From assembly GCF_000819685.1 (NCBI RefSeq), contig NZ_CDBR01000018.1, positions 1,066 to 25,065 on the forward strand: a stretch of DNA of 24,000 nucleotides, written 5' to 3'. Made by a program: the position numbers and the translations under genes. The notes under the pieces are model-generated. The model saw only the letters and a program-made list of their open reading frames with translations, was not told the DNA's origin and did no database searches. Within the stretch, counting starts at the first letter, position 1. Each line of letters opens with the position of its first letter. This document shows, one piece after another, positions 1 through 9,593 of the stretch. The stretch is from Aeromonas allosaccharophila (GTDB taxonomy: Bacteria > Pseudomonadota > Gammaproteobacteria > Enterobacterales > Aeromonadaceae).

Positions 1-1
1 G

Positions 2-211
<210 letters not shown>

Positions 212-483
212 TTTTAGTAAAACCTGCCTACCTGCAGCCGCCTCATCCTGATACGGGGCTGCCTGGCTCTTTATCCATGATTGGTCGGGTGTGCTGGTTA
301 ATACCACCCTTGGCGCAACCCTGAGCGGGGATATTCAGCTGGAGGTGCCTGGCGATCATCTTCTGGTCCGGTACCTGTCAGGACTGGGGTGATCCAGGCA
401 TGTTTAATTTCACTCTATCCACTGGTCGTTGCTCAATCTTGCGCCTCTTGGTTATCACGGTAAGCTGGAGGTTCGTTTTAGCG

Positions 484-515
484 GGAGGTGCCAGACACCT
501 CCTGTTGTGTTTCTT
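484..515 (+). terminator. Terminator-like hairpin in the long leader between the LacI-family gene and yfeH
   Basis: GGAGGTG (484-490) pairs with CACCTCC (496-502) around loop CCAGA and is extendable by G-U/C-G pairs. It is followed by the U-rich TGTTGTGTTTCTTG. Confidence 0.3.
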
Positions 516-575
516 GTCCTCCCCAATCCTGACTGCCGTCACGGCAGCAGGATGCCCTTCTGATGGAGACCTTTC

Positions 576-1526
576 GTGCGTCTGGATCCCTTTACTGTTG
601 TGCTGATTGCGGTGGTCACCCTGGCCTCCCTCTTTCCCTGCGAGGGGCAGGTGGCTGTCTGGTTCGGTCTGCTGACCAAGCTGGCGGTGGCGCTCCTGTT
701 CTTCATGCATGGCGCCAAGCTGTCGCGCCAGAATCTGCTGGCGGGCCTGGGTCACTGGCGGCTTCATCTGGTGGTGATGCTCAGTACTTTCGTGCTGTTT
801 CCGCTGCTGGGGCTGCTGCTCACCCCGCTGGTACCGAGCTGGCTGAGCCCGGCTATCTACCTTGGCTTCCTCTATCTCTGCGCTTTGCCAGCCACCGTGC
901 AGTCGGCCATCGCTTTTACCTCGATGGCAGGGGGCAATGTGTCGGCGGCGGTGTGCAGCGCCTCGGCCTCCAGCATCCTCGGTATCTTTCTCTCGCCGGT
1001 GCTGGTGGGATTGATGATCCATGTGCAGGGAGAGGGGATCGACACCTGGCACTCCATTCAGGCGATCATGGTGCAGCTGATGCTGCCGTTTGTGGTGGGT
1101 CATCTGTCGCGGCCACTGATCGGCCGCTGGGTCGACAGCCACCGGCCGATGATCGGCAAGCTGGATCAGAGCTCCATCCTGCTGGTGGTCTACGTCGCCT
1201 TCAGCGAGGCGGTGGTGCAGGGGATCTGGCATCAAGTCGGCTGGTACGATCTGGCCAGCATCGTGCTGCTGAGCTGCGTCTTGCTGGCGCTGGTGCTCTG
1301 CTGGAACGTCTGGATCAGCCGTCGCCTCGGGTTCGACAAGGCGGACGAGATCACCATCGTCTTCTGCGGCTCGAAAAAGAGCCTCGCCAACGGGGTGCCG
1401 ATGGCCAACGTCATGTTCCCGGCCGCCAGCGTCGGGGTCATGGTGCTGCCGCTGATGATCTTCCACCAGATCCAGCTGATGGTCTGCGCCGTGCTGGCGC
1501 GCCGCTATCACGAGCAGGGGCATTGA
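576..1526 (+). CDS. yfeH: Bile acid:sodium symporter (BASS) family transporter, YfeH-like
   Basis: 316-aa ORF with a GTG start at 576 and GGAG 7 nt upstream. The protein (…LFFMHGAKLSRQNLLAGLGHWRLHL…LPATVQSAIAFTSMAGGNVSAAVCSASASS…ITIVFCGSKKSLANGVPMA…LPLMIFHQIQLMVCAVLARRY) is collinear with E. coli YfeH as I recall it. Confidence 0.85.
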   Translation: MRLDPFTVVLIAVVTLASLFPCEGQVAVWFGLLTKLAVALLFFMHGAKLSRQNLLAGLGHWRLHLVVMLSTFVLFPLLGLLLTPLVPSWLSPAIYLGFLYLCALPATVQSAIAFTSMAGGNVSAAVCSASASSILGIFLSPVLVGLMIHVQGEGIDTWHSIQAIMVQLMLPFVVGHLSRPLIGRWVDSHRPMIGKLDQSSILLVVYVAFSEAVVQGIWHQVGWYDLASIVLLSCVLLALVLCWNVWISRRLGFDKADEITIVFCGSKKSLANGVPMANVMFPAASVGVMVLPLMIFHQIQLMVCAVLARRYHEQGH

Positions 1527-1554
1527 TACTCGCGCCATTTTTGCTGCCATAACA

Positions 1555-1580
1555 AGAGGGAGGCCCGTTGGCCTCCCTCT
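1555..1580. terminator. Hairpin between convergent yfeH and ovoA (possible bidirectional terminator)
   Basis: Perfect 11-bp stem AGAGGGAGGCC / GGCCTCCCTCT with loop CGTT. It lies between the stop codons at 1526 and 1606. The U-tracts are only moderate. Confidence 0.55.
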
Positions 1581-1605
1581 TCTCATCTGTATGCCGACCG
1601 GCGGA

Positions 1606-3756
1606 TTAGCGTTTGCGCCAGACGGTCAGCTGCGCCACCGTGTGCTGGTATTTGCGGGCGGTTTCGCGGATGACGAAAGGCACATCCCGCGGCGGGCAGT
1701 GCTCCTCGAACTCCGCCGCCAGCAGCCGTTGCAGCGCCTGATAGGTGGTGAGCGCCTCGCCATTTTCACGAATGCCGCCGAGCCAGTTGGCGGGCGGGGT
1801 ATATTCCGCCAGCCAGGTGTAGGGGCTGGTGAGCACCAGCAGGCCACCGCTGCGCAGCCGGGGAGCTATGTCCCGCAGGAAACGGGCTGGCTCCCGCAGC
1901 CGGTCGATCAGGTTGGAGGCAAGCACCAGATCGTAGTGGTCATATTTGGGTTTGAGGTTGCAGGCATCCCCCTGACTGAAGTGGATGCGCTCAGCCTGAC
2001 TCGCTCCCAGCCCGTGGCTCGACAGGCGCGCCTCGCAATACTCCACCAGTTCCCCCTCCAGCGGAATGGCGTAGCGGAAACTGTCCTGACTGGCGAGGGC
2101 CAGCGCCACATCGATGAAGCGGGCCGAGTAGTCGACTCCGTCTACATGCTGGAAGTGGCGGGCCAGTTCGAAGCTGGCGCGGCCGGTGGCACAGCCGATA
2201 TCCAGCGCCCGCTGGTGGTTGCTGCACAGCTCGCCAGCAAGATCAGCAAGCGTCTTGGCGTAGTTGGCTACCCCGAAGTGGCTCGGGCCGTACTGGAAGT
2301 CGAGGTACTGAGCGACCAGCGTGTCGGTTTCATAGGGATTCACGATAACGGGTTCCTGATAACGGGAGACCAGATAGCGGAAACCCGCATGCTGGAAGAA
2401 GTGACGCCGGAAGGCGTAACGGGATGATTTGAGCGCTTCGTTGCCTGTGCTGATCCAGCTGCCGCCCTTGATCAGGGTGTGCTTGCCATCAAAGGTGGGG
2501 GTGGAGAAGTCGTCGTAGAGCGGGTGGATTTTAAAGCCGTCGAAGCCATCGATGGCGGTGCTGGTCCACTGCCAGACATTGCCCACCAGATCGAAGAACT
2601 CCCCTTGTGGGCAGGCATCCACCGGGCAGGAGGAGGCGAAGCGGGCCAGATTGATATTGCCCGGGGCCTCCGTCCAGTCCGGCTGATCGCCGGGTACCTG
2701 CTCACGCAGCAGTTGCCACTCTGCCTCGCTCGGCAGCTGGATGGGCAGTCCGGTCTGGGCCGCCTTCCAGCGACAGAAGGCGGCCGCTTCCAGCTGGTTT
2801 ACCTCGACCGGCCAGTCCCATGGCATGGCGACCTGCTCGGTCATCAGCCGCAACTGCAGTTGCCCGGGCTTGGTGGGATCACCCACCCAGAAGGTGGGCA
2901 TCTGCGCCTTGGCGTACTGACACCAGCTCCACCCCTCTTCATCCCACCACTGTTGCTGGCCATAGCCGCCCGCCTGTACGAAGGCGAGGTACTCGGCATT
3001 GCTCACCAGCATGCGGCTGGCCTGAAACGGGGCCAGCTCGATATGGCGCTCGCCATATTCGTTGTCCCAGCCGTAGGTGGCGTCCCGCTTGCCAAGGCGC
3101 ACCTTGCCGCCGGCCATCGGCAGCAGGCTGTTGGCGGGCACCTGGTCAATACGTTGGCGTGCTTCGGTGCAGGCGGGCCAATAAGGCTGCGGTCGCACCC
3201 AGGCGAGCGGCAACTGGCGGATCAGCACGCTGGAGGTCTCGAGGTGGATGCGTTCGTGCTCTATCCCCATCAGGATCACCCAGGCCGGGCTTTGCCAGTC
3301 GATGGGCAGGGTGAGCGGCATCTGGCGAATGAAATCGCACACCAGCGAACGGACTTTGGCCCGATAGCTGCGCAGCTCGGTGACCTTGGGCCAGTCGTAG
3401 TGGGTCTCGTCCAGATCGTCCCAGCTCATCTCGTCCACCCCGATGGCGACCATGGCCTCGATGCGGGCATCCAGCCGCTGGTCGATCAGGCGCGCCGCCA
3501 GCAGCTTGTTGATAAAGAAGGCGGCGGTGTGCCCGTAGTAGAAGATGAGCGGGTGGCGCAGCGGGATCGCCTTGTTGAACCAGGCCCGCTCATCGGCCAG
3601 ACAGTCGAACAGCGAGTCGTAGAGATCGAAGGTCTGGCAAAAGTAGCCAAGCAGCTCGCGCCGTTTCTGCTCGGGGTCGCTACCGGTCAGCAACGGGGTG
3701 CGAGTCGGTGCTGGCAGACCGACGGCAGTGGCATAGAGAGGGCTTGCTTGGGTCAC
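1606..3756 (-). CDS. ovoA: 5-histidylcysteine sulfoxide synthase / methyltransferase fusion (ovothiol biosynthesis, OvoA)
   Basis: Three-domain architecture is read directly from the translation. The N-terminal DinB-like part has YYGHTAAFF and the iron-binding HxxxHxE motif (HERIHLE). The central FGE/sulfatase-modifying-like domain has GNVWQWT. The C-terminal SAM methyltransferase has motif I LDIGCATG. The ORF stays open to 3834, but GTG at 3756 has a strong AGGAG (3764-3768) 7 nt upstream, giving 716 aa. Confidence 0.85.
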   Translation of the reverse strand: MTQASPLYATAVGLPAPTRTPLLTGSDPEQKRRELLGYFCQTFDLYDSLFDCLADERAWFNKAIPLRHPLIFYYGHTAAFFINKLLAARLIDQRLDARIEAMVAIGVDEMSWDDLDETHYDWPKVTELRSYRAKVRSLVCDFIRQMPLTLPIDWQSPAWVILMGIEHERIHLETSSVLIRQLPLAWVRPQPYWPACTEARQRIDQVPANSLLPMAGGKVRLGKRDATYGWDNEYGERHIELAPFQASRMLVSNAEYLAFVQAGGYGQQQWWDEEGWSWCQYAKAQMPTFWVGDPTKPGQLQLRLMTEQVAMPWDWPVEVNQLEAAAFCRWKAAQTGLPIQLPSEAEWQLLREQVPGDQPDWTEAPGNINLARFASSCPVDACPQGEFFDLVGNVWQWTSTAIDGFDGFKIHPLYDDFSTPTFDGKHTLIKGGSWISTGNEALKSSRYAFRRHFFQHAGFRYLVSRYQEPVIVNPYETDTLVAQYLDFQYGPSHFGVANYAKTLADLAGELCSNHQRALDIGCATGRASFELARHFQHVDGVDYSARFIDVALALASQDSFRYAIPLEGELVEYCEARLSSHGLGASQAERIHFSQGDACNLKPKYDHYDLVLASNLIDRLREPARFLRDIAPRLRSGGLLVLTSPYTWLAEYTPPANWLGGIRENGEALTTYQALQRLLAAEFEEHCPPRDVPFVIRETARKYQHTVAQLTVWRKR

Positions 3757-4120
3757 GCTCTGACTCCTTGTTGGCAGTGAAGACTGACAAGACAGTGGTA
3801 ATGACATTACCGCAATAGAGAGCTTGGTACGCACGAAGTACCACTATTGGCTCAACAGATCGGTACGGCAATCAAAAATTGCCACGGGCTGTCAGCATAG
3901 TGACCGGCAGGACGGCCCGCCAACCAGCCACAAACATACCCGTTCGAGGATGGTTGTTTTCACCAACATATGGTCTAAATGACTCTCTAAATACTGAGGT
4001 TGGTGCGGGAGAAAACGGTTATTTTCTTTTGAATCATGCAGTTGATTTTTTGGCGCACGCATTGCAGAGCATGAAAACCAATTGGCCCCGGATGGCCAAT
4101 AGATAACGAGGAGAGTGGTG

Positions 4121-4843
4121 ATGAAGTGGATGATGGTTGTCATGCTAGTGGCAGTGCTCAGTGGTTGCAACTGGCTGGACGAAACCCGGATCAGCGGTGC
4201 TGGCGCCGTGATCGAGCGCCAGCAACCGTTGGGCGAGAGGGTGACCCGGGTGTTGGCAGGCGTGCCTGCCACCCTCTATCTGGTGGCGGGCGAGCCGCGC
4301 GGCATCCTGATCAAGGGGCAGGAGAACCTGCTGCCCTATCTGGAGCTGACCGAGAGCGGCAACAAGCTGGAGATCGAGGTGAAGGAGGGTTATCGGCTCG
4401 ACCCCACCGAACCGCTGGAGCTCACCATCACCCTGCCCGAGCTCCATGAATTGGCGCTGGCGGGCATTGCCAGTGGCGAGTTGAGCGGCTTCAAGGGGGA
4501 TTCGCTGGTGCTGTCGGTGGCCGGGGTCGGTGACCTGACAGCCAGCGGGCTGGAGATGAACCGGTTGGAAGGCAATATTGCCGGTGCGGGCAGTCTGGAT
4601 CTGGGGGAGGGATCGGCCAAAGCGCTCACGCTGAACATCGCCGGGTCGGGTGATATTCAGGGGGGCAATCTCAAGGGTCAGGAGGTCGAGGTCAATATCG
4701 CTGGCAGCGGAGATGTGGAGGTGCGGGCGCAGGATCTGCTCAAGGTCGGCATCGCGGGCTCGGGGTCGGTCAGCTATTGGGGCGATCCCCGACTGCGTAG
4801 CGAGATCGCCGGTTCCGGCGATGTGAGTCGTGTCGGCAGCTGA
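4121..4843 (+). CDS. Lipoprotein with DUF2807/GIN-type (adhesin-head-like) repeat domain
   Basis: ATG at 4121 lies 7 nt after GAGGAG (4108-4113). The signal peptide plus lipobox is MKWMMVVMLVAVLSGC. The C-terminal half has reiterated (I/V)AG(S/A)G(D/S) motifs about every 20 residues, typical of DUF2807 beta-helix proteins. Confidence 0.7.
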   Translation: MKWMMVVMLVAVLSGCNWLDETRISGAGAVIERQQPLGERVTRVLAGVPATLYLVAGEPRGILIKGQENLLPYLELTESGNKLEIEVKEGYRLDPTEPLELTITLPELHELALAGIASGELSGFKGDSLVLSVAGVGDLTASGLEMNRLEGNIAGAGSLDLGEGSAKALTLNIAGSGDIQGGNLKGQEVEVNIAGSGDVEVRAQDLLKVGIAGSGSVSYWGDPRLRSEIAGSGDVSRVGS

Positions 4844-4874
4844 TGCCAACCGATCACCACAACCCCCAACTGAA

Positions 4875-4895
4875 ACAGGCCCGTTACGGGCCTGT
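4875..4895. terminator. Hairpin between the convergent lipoprotein gene and frmB
   Basis: ACAGGCCCG-TTA-CGGGCCTGT forms a perfect 9-bp GC-rich stem between the stops at 4843 and 4901. The flanking U-runs on both strands are short. Confidence 0.5.
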
Positions 4896-4900
4896 GTTGA

Positions 4901-5737
4901 TCAGAGATGGCGGGCGTGAAAGCGCAGGTGCGCCTCGATAAAGCTCGCCACGAAGTAGTAGCTGTGGTCATAGCCCTCGTGGCGGTTGAGCTCCAGCGGC
5001 CACCCCTTGCTGGCGGCCACCTCTGCCAACGCATCGATATGCAGCTGCTCGGCGAGGAAGGGATCATCCAGTCCCACATCCACCAGAGTCGGCAGCGGCG
5101 TGACCGGCTGGTGGCGCAGCAACTGGCAGGCATCCCACTCCTGCCACAACAGCGGATTGCTGCCGAGATAGGCACCGAGCGCCTTCTGGCCCCAGGGGCA
5201 GCGGCTCGGGTGGCAGATCGGGCTGAACGCCGAGACCGAGCGGTAGCGACCGGGCTCCCGCAACGCGGCGATCAGCGCACCGTGACCGCCCATGGAGTGG
5301 CCGCTGATGGCGCGCTTTGTCGAGACCGGGAAGTGGGTCTCTATCACCTCAGGCAGCTCGCGGGTGACATAGTCATACATCTGGTAGTGCGCCTGCCAGG
5401 GGCTCTGGCTGGCATTGACGTAAAAACCTGCCCCCATGCCGAGGTCATAACCGGAATCGTCTGCCACGCCGTCGCCGCGCGGGCTGGTGTCCGGTGCCAC
5501 CAGCGCGATGCCGAGCTCGGCGGCAATGCGCTGGGCGCCTGCCTTCTGCATGAAGTTCTCATCGGTGCAGGTGAGGCCGCTGAGCCAGTAGAGTACGGGC
5601 ACCTTCTGGCCGGTGAGGGCCTGAGGCGGCAGATAGATGGCAAAATTCATCTCGCAGCCGAGCACGCTGGCGTGGTGGCGATAGCGCTTGTGCCAGCCGC
5701 CGAAGCTCTTGTTGCTGCTGATAATCTCCAGATTCAT
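4901..5737 (-). CDS. frmB: S-formylglutathione hydrolase (esterase D family)
   Basis: 278-aa protein. SFGGWHKRYRHHASVLGCEMNFAIYLPP…VLYWLSGLTC…ISGHSMGGHGAL…HEGYDHSYYFV is collinear with E. coli FrmB/YeiG. AGGAG lies 8 nt upstream of the ATG. Confidence 0.9.
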   Translation of the reverse strand: MNLEIISSNKSFGGWHKRYRHHASVLGCEMNFAIYLPPQALTGQKVPVLYWLSGLTCTDENFMQKAGAQRIAAELGIALVAPDTSPRGDGVADDSGYDLGMGAGFYVNASQSPWQAHYQMYDYVTRELPEVIETHFPVSTKRAISGHSMGGHGALIAALREPGRYRSVSAFSPICHPSRCPWGQKALGAYLGSNPLLWQEWDACQLLRHQPVTPLPTLVDVGLDDPFLAEQLHIDALAEVAASKGWPLELNRHEGYDHSYYFVASFIEAHLRFHARHL

Positions 5738-5752
5738 CGAAGGACTCCTGTA

Positions 5753-5776
5753 CCCCGCCCACGATGGCGGGCGGGG
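5753..5776 (-). other. GC-rich intercistronic hairpin between frmA and frmB
   Basis: CCCCGCCC (5753-5760) pairs with GGGCGGGG (5769-5776) around an 8-nt loop, inside the 48-nt frmA-frmB spacer. Confidence 0.4.
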
Positions 5777-5785
5777 CGATCATGC

Positions 5786-7006
<1,221 letters not shown>

Positions 7007-7033
7007 TCAAATCACTTTTACACACAGGTAATA

Positions 7034-7939
7034 ATGTTCGGTTGGGAAGGGATCTGTGAATTTGTCAGCGTGGCGGAGCAGGGGGGCTTTACCCCGGCGG
7101 CGCGCAAGCTGGGGGTGTCGGTGGCGCAAGTGAGCCGTCAGGTGGCACAGCTGGAAGATCGGCTGCAGGCCAAGCTGCTGCTGCGCACCACCCGTCAGGT
7201 GCGGCTCACCGAGCTTGGCGAGATCTACTATCGCCACTGTCGCCAGCTGCTGGACAACCTCTACGAGGCGGAGCTGGCGGTGGGGCGCCATCAGGCCGTG
7301 CCGCAAGGCACCCTGCGCATCACGGCCCCCGTCTCCTACGGCGAGAGCCGCATCGCCCCGCTGGTGAACGACTTTATGGTGCGCTTTCCCCAGCTGGAGG
7401 TGACCCTCAACCTCACCAACCAGCTGCTGGATCTGGTGCACGAGGGCTACGATCTGGCGCTGCGGCTCGGCCACCTCAAGGATTCGACGCTGGTGGCGCG
7501 CAAGCTGGCGCAGCGGGTGCCCTATGTCTGCGCCTCACCGGCCTACACCGCTCGCCACGGCATGCCCAACAGCCTCTCCGAGCTGACTCGCCACACCTGT
7601 CTGGTGGGCAACAGCGACGAGTGGCACTTCACCCTGGATGGCCGCCCCCACAGCGTGCGGGTGCGCGGCTTGCTGCAGTGCAACAGCGGCCACGCCCTGC
7701 TGGACGCGGCGCTCAAGGGGATCGGCATCATCCAGCTGCCGGACTACTACGTGAGCGACCATCTGGCCCGAGGGGAGCTGATCGAGTTGCTGCCTGAACT
7801 GCGGGCCCCGGCGGAGGGAATCTGGGCCCTCTATCCCCACAACCGCCACCTCTCCCCCAAGGTGCGGCTGCTGGTGGACTATCTGGCCGAGCGGCTGAGC
7901 GACCCTCACCAACCGGCGCTGGTGATGCCGATAGGCTAG
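7034..7939 (+). CDS. LysR-family transcriptional regulator
   Basis: 301-aa protein with an N-terminal wHTH (FVSVAEQGGFTPAARKLGVSVAQVSRQVAQLEDRLQAKLLLRTTRQVRLTELG) and a LysR substrate-binding domain. It is divergent from frmAB. Confidence 0.85.
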   Translation: MFGWEGICEFVSVAEQGGFTPAARKLGVSVAQVSRQVAQLEDRLQAKLLLRTTRQVRLTELGEIYYRHCRQLLDNLYEAELAVGRHQAVPQGTLRITAPVSYGESRIAPLVNDFMVRFPQLEVTLNLTNQLLDLVHEGYDLALRLGHLKDSTLVARKLAQRVPYVCASPAYTARHGMPNSLSELTRHTCLVGNSDEWHFTLDGRPHSVRVRGLLQCNSGHALLDAALKGIGIIQLPDYYVSDHLARGELIELLPELRAPAEGIWALYPHNRHLSPKVRLLVDYLAERLSDPHQPALVMPIG

Positions 7940-7998
7940 GGCGCTTCCCACCCGTTGACTCCCCGGCGGCTGGCGGCAAACCCTCTGGCCGAAAAATG

Positions 7999-8031
7999 AA
8001 AAAAAGCCTGAACAGAACGACCTGTCCAGGC
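7999..8031 (-). terminator. Rho-independent terminator downstream of the efflux operon
   Basis: On the minus strand, GCCTGGACAG / CTGTTCAGGC forms a 10-bp stem with one mismatch and a 6-nt loop (8006-8031). It is followed by a run of seven U (A-run 7999-8005 on the plus strand), 25 nt after the emrB stop. Confidence 0.65.
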
Positions 8032-8055
8032 GTGATCCCCTCAGGGCTGAGGGAC

Positions 8056-9582
8056 CTAGTGCACTACGGAAGTGTCTACCTGTGTTTTCGGGCGGGGCGC
8101 CAGCCAGATGGCAAACGCAGCCACGAAAAACAGCACGGCAATAATCATGAAGATCTTGTTGGTGGCCACCATCACGCTTTGGCCTTGCAGCAGCCACTCC
8201 AGGGTGCCTTTGCTCTGCTCCCCGGCACCTGCCATCTGCATCGCCTGGGTGGTGTCACCCGCGCGGTCGGTCAGTCCGGCCAGTTCGGCCCGCACATAGC
8301 GGGTCTCGCGCTCCCAGCCGGTGTTGACCATGGAGGTGGCCACCGCGCCGGAGAGCGTTCGGATAAAGTTCATCAAACCGGCGGCGGACTCCATTTCACG
8401 GGCGAGCACGCTGCCCAGCGCAATGCCGGTGAGCGGCACAAAGAACAGCGGCATGCCGATCCCCTGAAAGAACATGGGGAAGCTTATCTGCCAAAAGGTC
8501 ATGTCCATGTTGGCGTGGCTGCGGTAGAGGGTCCAACCGCCCAGCCAGAGCACACCGATAAACACCATGGGCCGCGGATCGATCTTGGTCGCCAGATTGG
8601 CAATCAAGGGCGCCAGGAACACCGCCAGAATCCCCATCATGGCCGTTGAATAACCGGCGATGGTGGCGGTATAGCCCATGTAGATCTGCAGCCACAGCGG
8701 GGTCAGTACCGTGATGCCGAAAAAGGCACCAAAACCGAGTGACAGGGTCAGCATACTGGTGCGATAGCCCCGATGACGGAACACCCGCAAATCGACCACC
8801 GGGTTGCGCTCGGTCAGCTCCCAAATCAGGAAGGCGACAAAGCCGATGGCCGCGATGATCGCCAGGGTCACAATCCGGGTCGATTCGAACCAGTCGTGAT
8901 CCTTGCCCTCATCGAGCATGATTTGCAGCGCCGCCACCCAGACGATCAGCAACACCAGTCCCACCTTGTCGATAGGCAACTTGAGGGTCTTTGATTCGAA
9001 CGGTCGCAACAGCTTCCAGCACATCACCCCGGCCAGCAGGGCAAACGGCGCCTTCACATAGAAGATGTAGGGCCAGCTGTATTGGTCACACAGGATCCCG
9101 CCCAGAATCGGCCCCATGATCGGTGCGACCAGCGTGGTCATGCTCCAGATCCCGATCGCCGCGTGTGCCTTGTCCTTGGGGAAAATGCGTATCATCAGGG
9201 TCTGCGACAGTGGCATCAGCGGCCCCCCGCACAACCCGAGAAAGACCCGAAACAGCACCAGCATGTTCATGCTGGTGGCCATGCCGCACAGCAGCGAGAA
9301 CAGACCAAACAGGATAAAGCAGGTAGCAAACACCCGGATCGGACCAAAGCGCGACGCCAACCAGCCGGTCAGCGGCACCGAGATCGCCTCGGCTACCGCA
9401 TAAGAGGTGATGACGTAGGTGCCCTGGCTGGTCGAGGTGCCCAGACTACCGGCAATGTTGGAGACAGACACGTTGGCGATGGTGGTGTCGAGCACCGCCA
9501 GGAAGTTGGCCATCGCCAGGATGCCAGCGCCTAATGCCAGTTGTGCTCCGCGCAGCGGAGCCGGCTCAGCGACGTGTTGCAT
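8056..9582 (-). CDS. emrB: DHA2-family MFS multidrug efflux pump (EmrB/VceB-like, 14-TMS type)
   Basis: …FLAVLDTTIANVSVSNIAGSLGTSTSQGTYVITSYAVAEAISVPLTGWLASRFG…VFLGLCGGPLMPLSQTL… is collinear with E. coli EmrB. ATG at 9582 lies 7 nt after AGGAG (9590-9594). The GTG at 9585 is an alternative start. Confidence 0.9.
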   Translation of the reverse strand: MQHVAEPAPLRGAQLALGAGILAMANFLAVLDTTIANVSVSNIAGSLGTSTSQGTYVITSYAVAEAISVPLTGWLASRFGPIRVFATCFILFGLFSLLCGMATSMNMLVLFRVFLGLCGGPLMPLSQTLMIRIFPKDKAHAAIGIWSMTTLVAPIMGPILGGILCDQYSWPYIFYVKAPFALLAGVMCWKLLRPFESKTLKLPIDKVGLVLLIVWVAALQIMLDEGKDHDWFESTRIVTLAIIAAIGFVAFLIWELTERNPVVDLRVFRHRGYRTSMLTLSLGFGAFFGITVLTPLWLQIYMGYTATIAGYSTAMMGILAVFLAPLIANLATKIDPRPMVFIGVLWLGGWTLYRSHANMDMTFWQISFPMFFQGIGMPLFFVPLTGIALGSVLAREMESAAGLMNFIRTLSGAVATSMVNTGWERETRYVRAELAGLTDRAGDTTQAMQMAGAGEQSKGTLEWLLQGQSVMVATNKIFMIIAVLFFVAAFAIWLAPRPKTQVDTSVVH

Positions 9583-9593
9583 CACGTATCTCC

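Noticed and set aside
378-1586. 402-codon minus-strand ORF antisense to yfeH. Similar long antisense or off-frame ORFs occur at 1591-2427, 2479-3780, 4145-4849, 4907-6457, 7007-7474, 7535-8197, 7996-8649, 9534-10061, 10158-10844 and 19264-19938.
   Set aside because: These are shadow ORFs typical of GC-rich DNA. Their translations are low-complexity (rich in R, H, Q, G, A and P), lack RBSs, and fully overlap genes with clear family signatures on the other strand or frame.
8878-8892. tRNA T-arm-like string GGGTCGATTCGAACC.
   Set aside because: It lies inside the emrB coding sequence and has no surrounding cloverleaf (no acceptor, D or anticodon arms).
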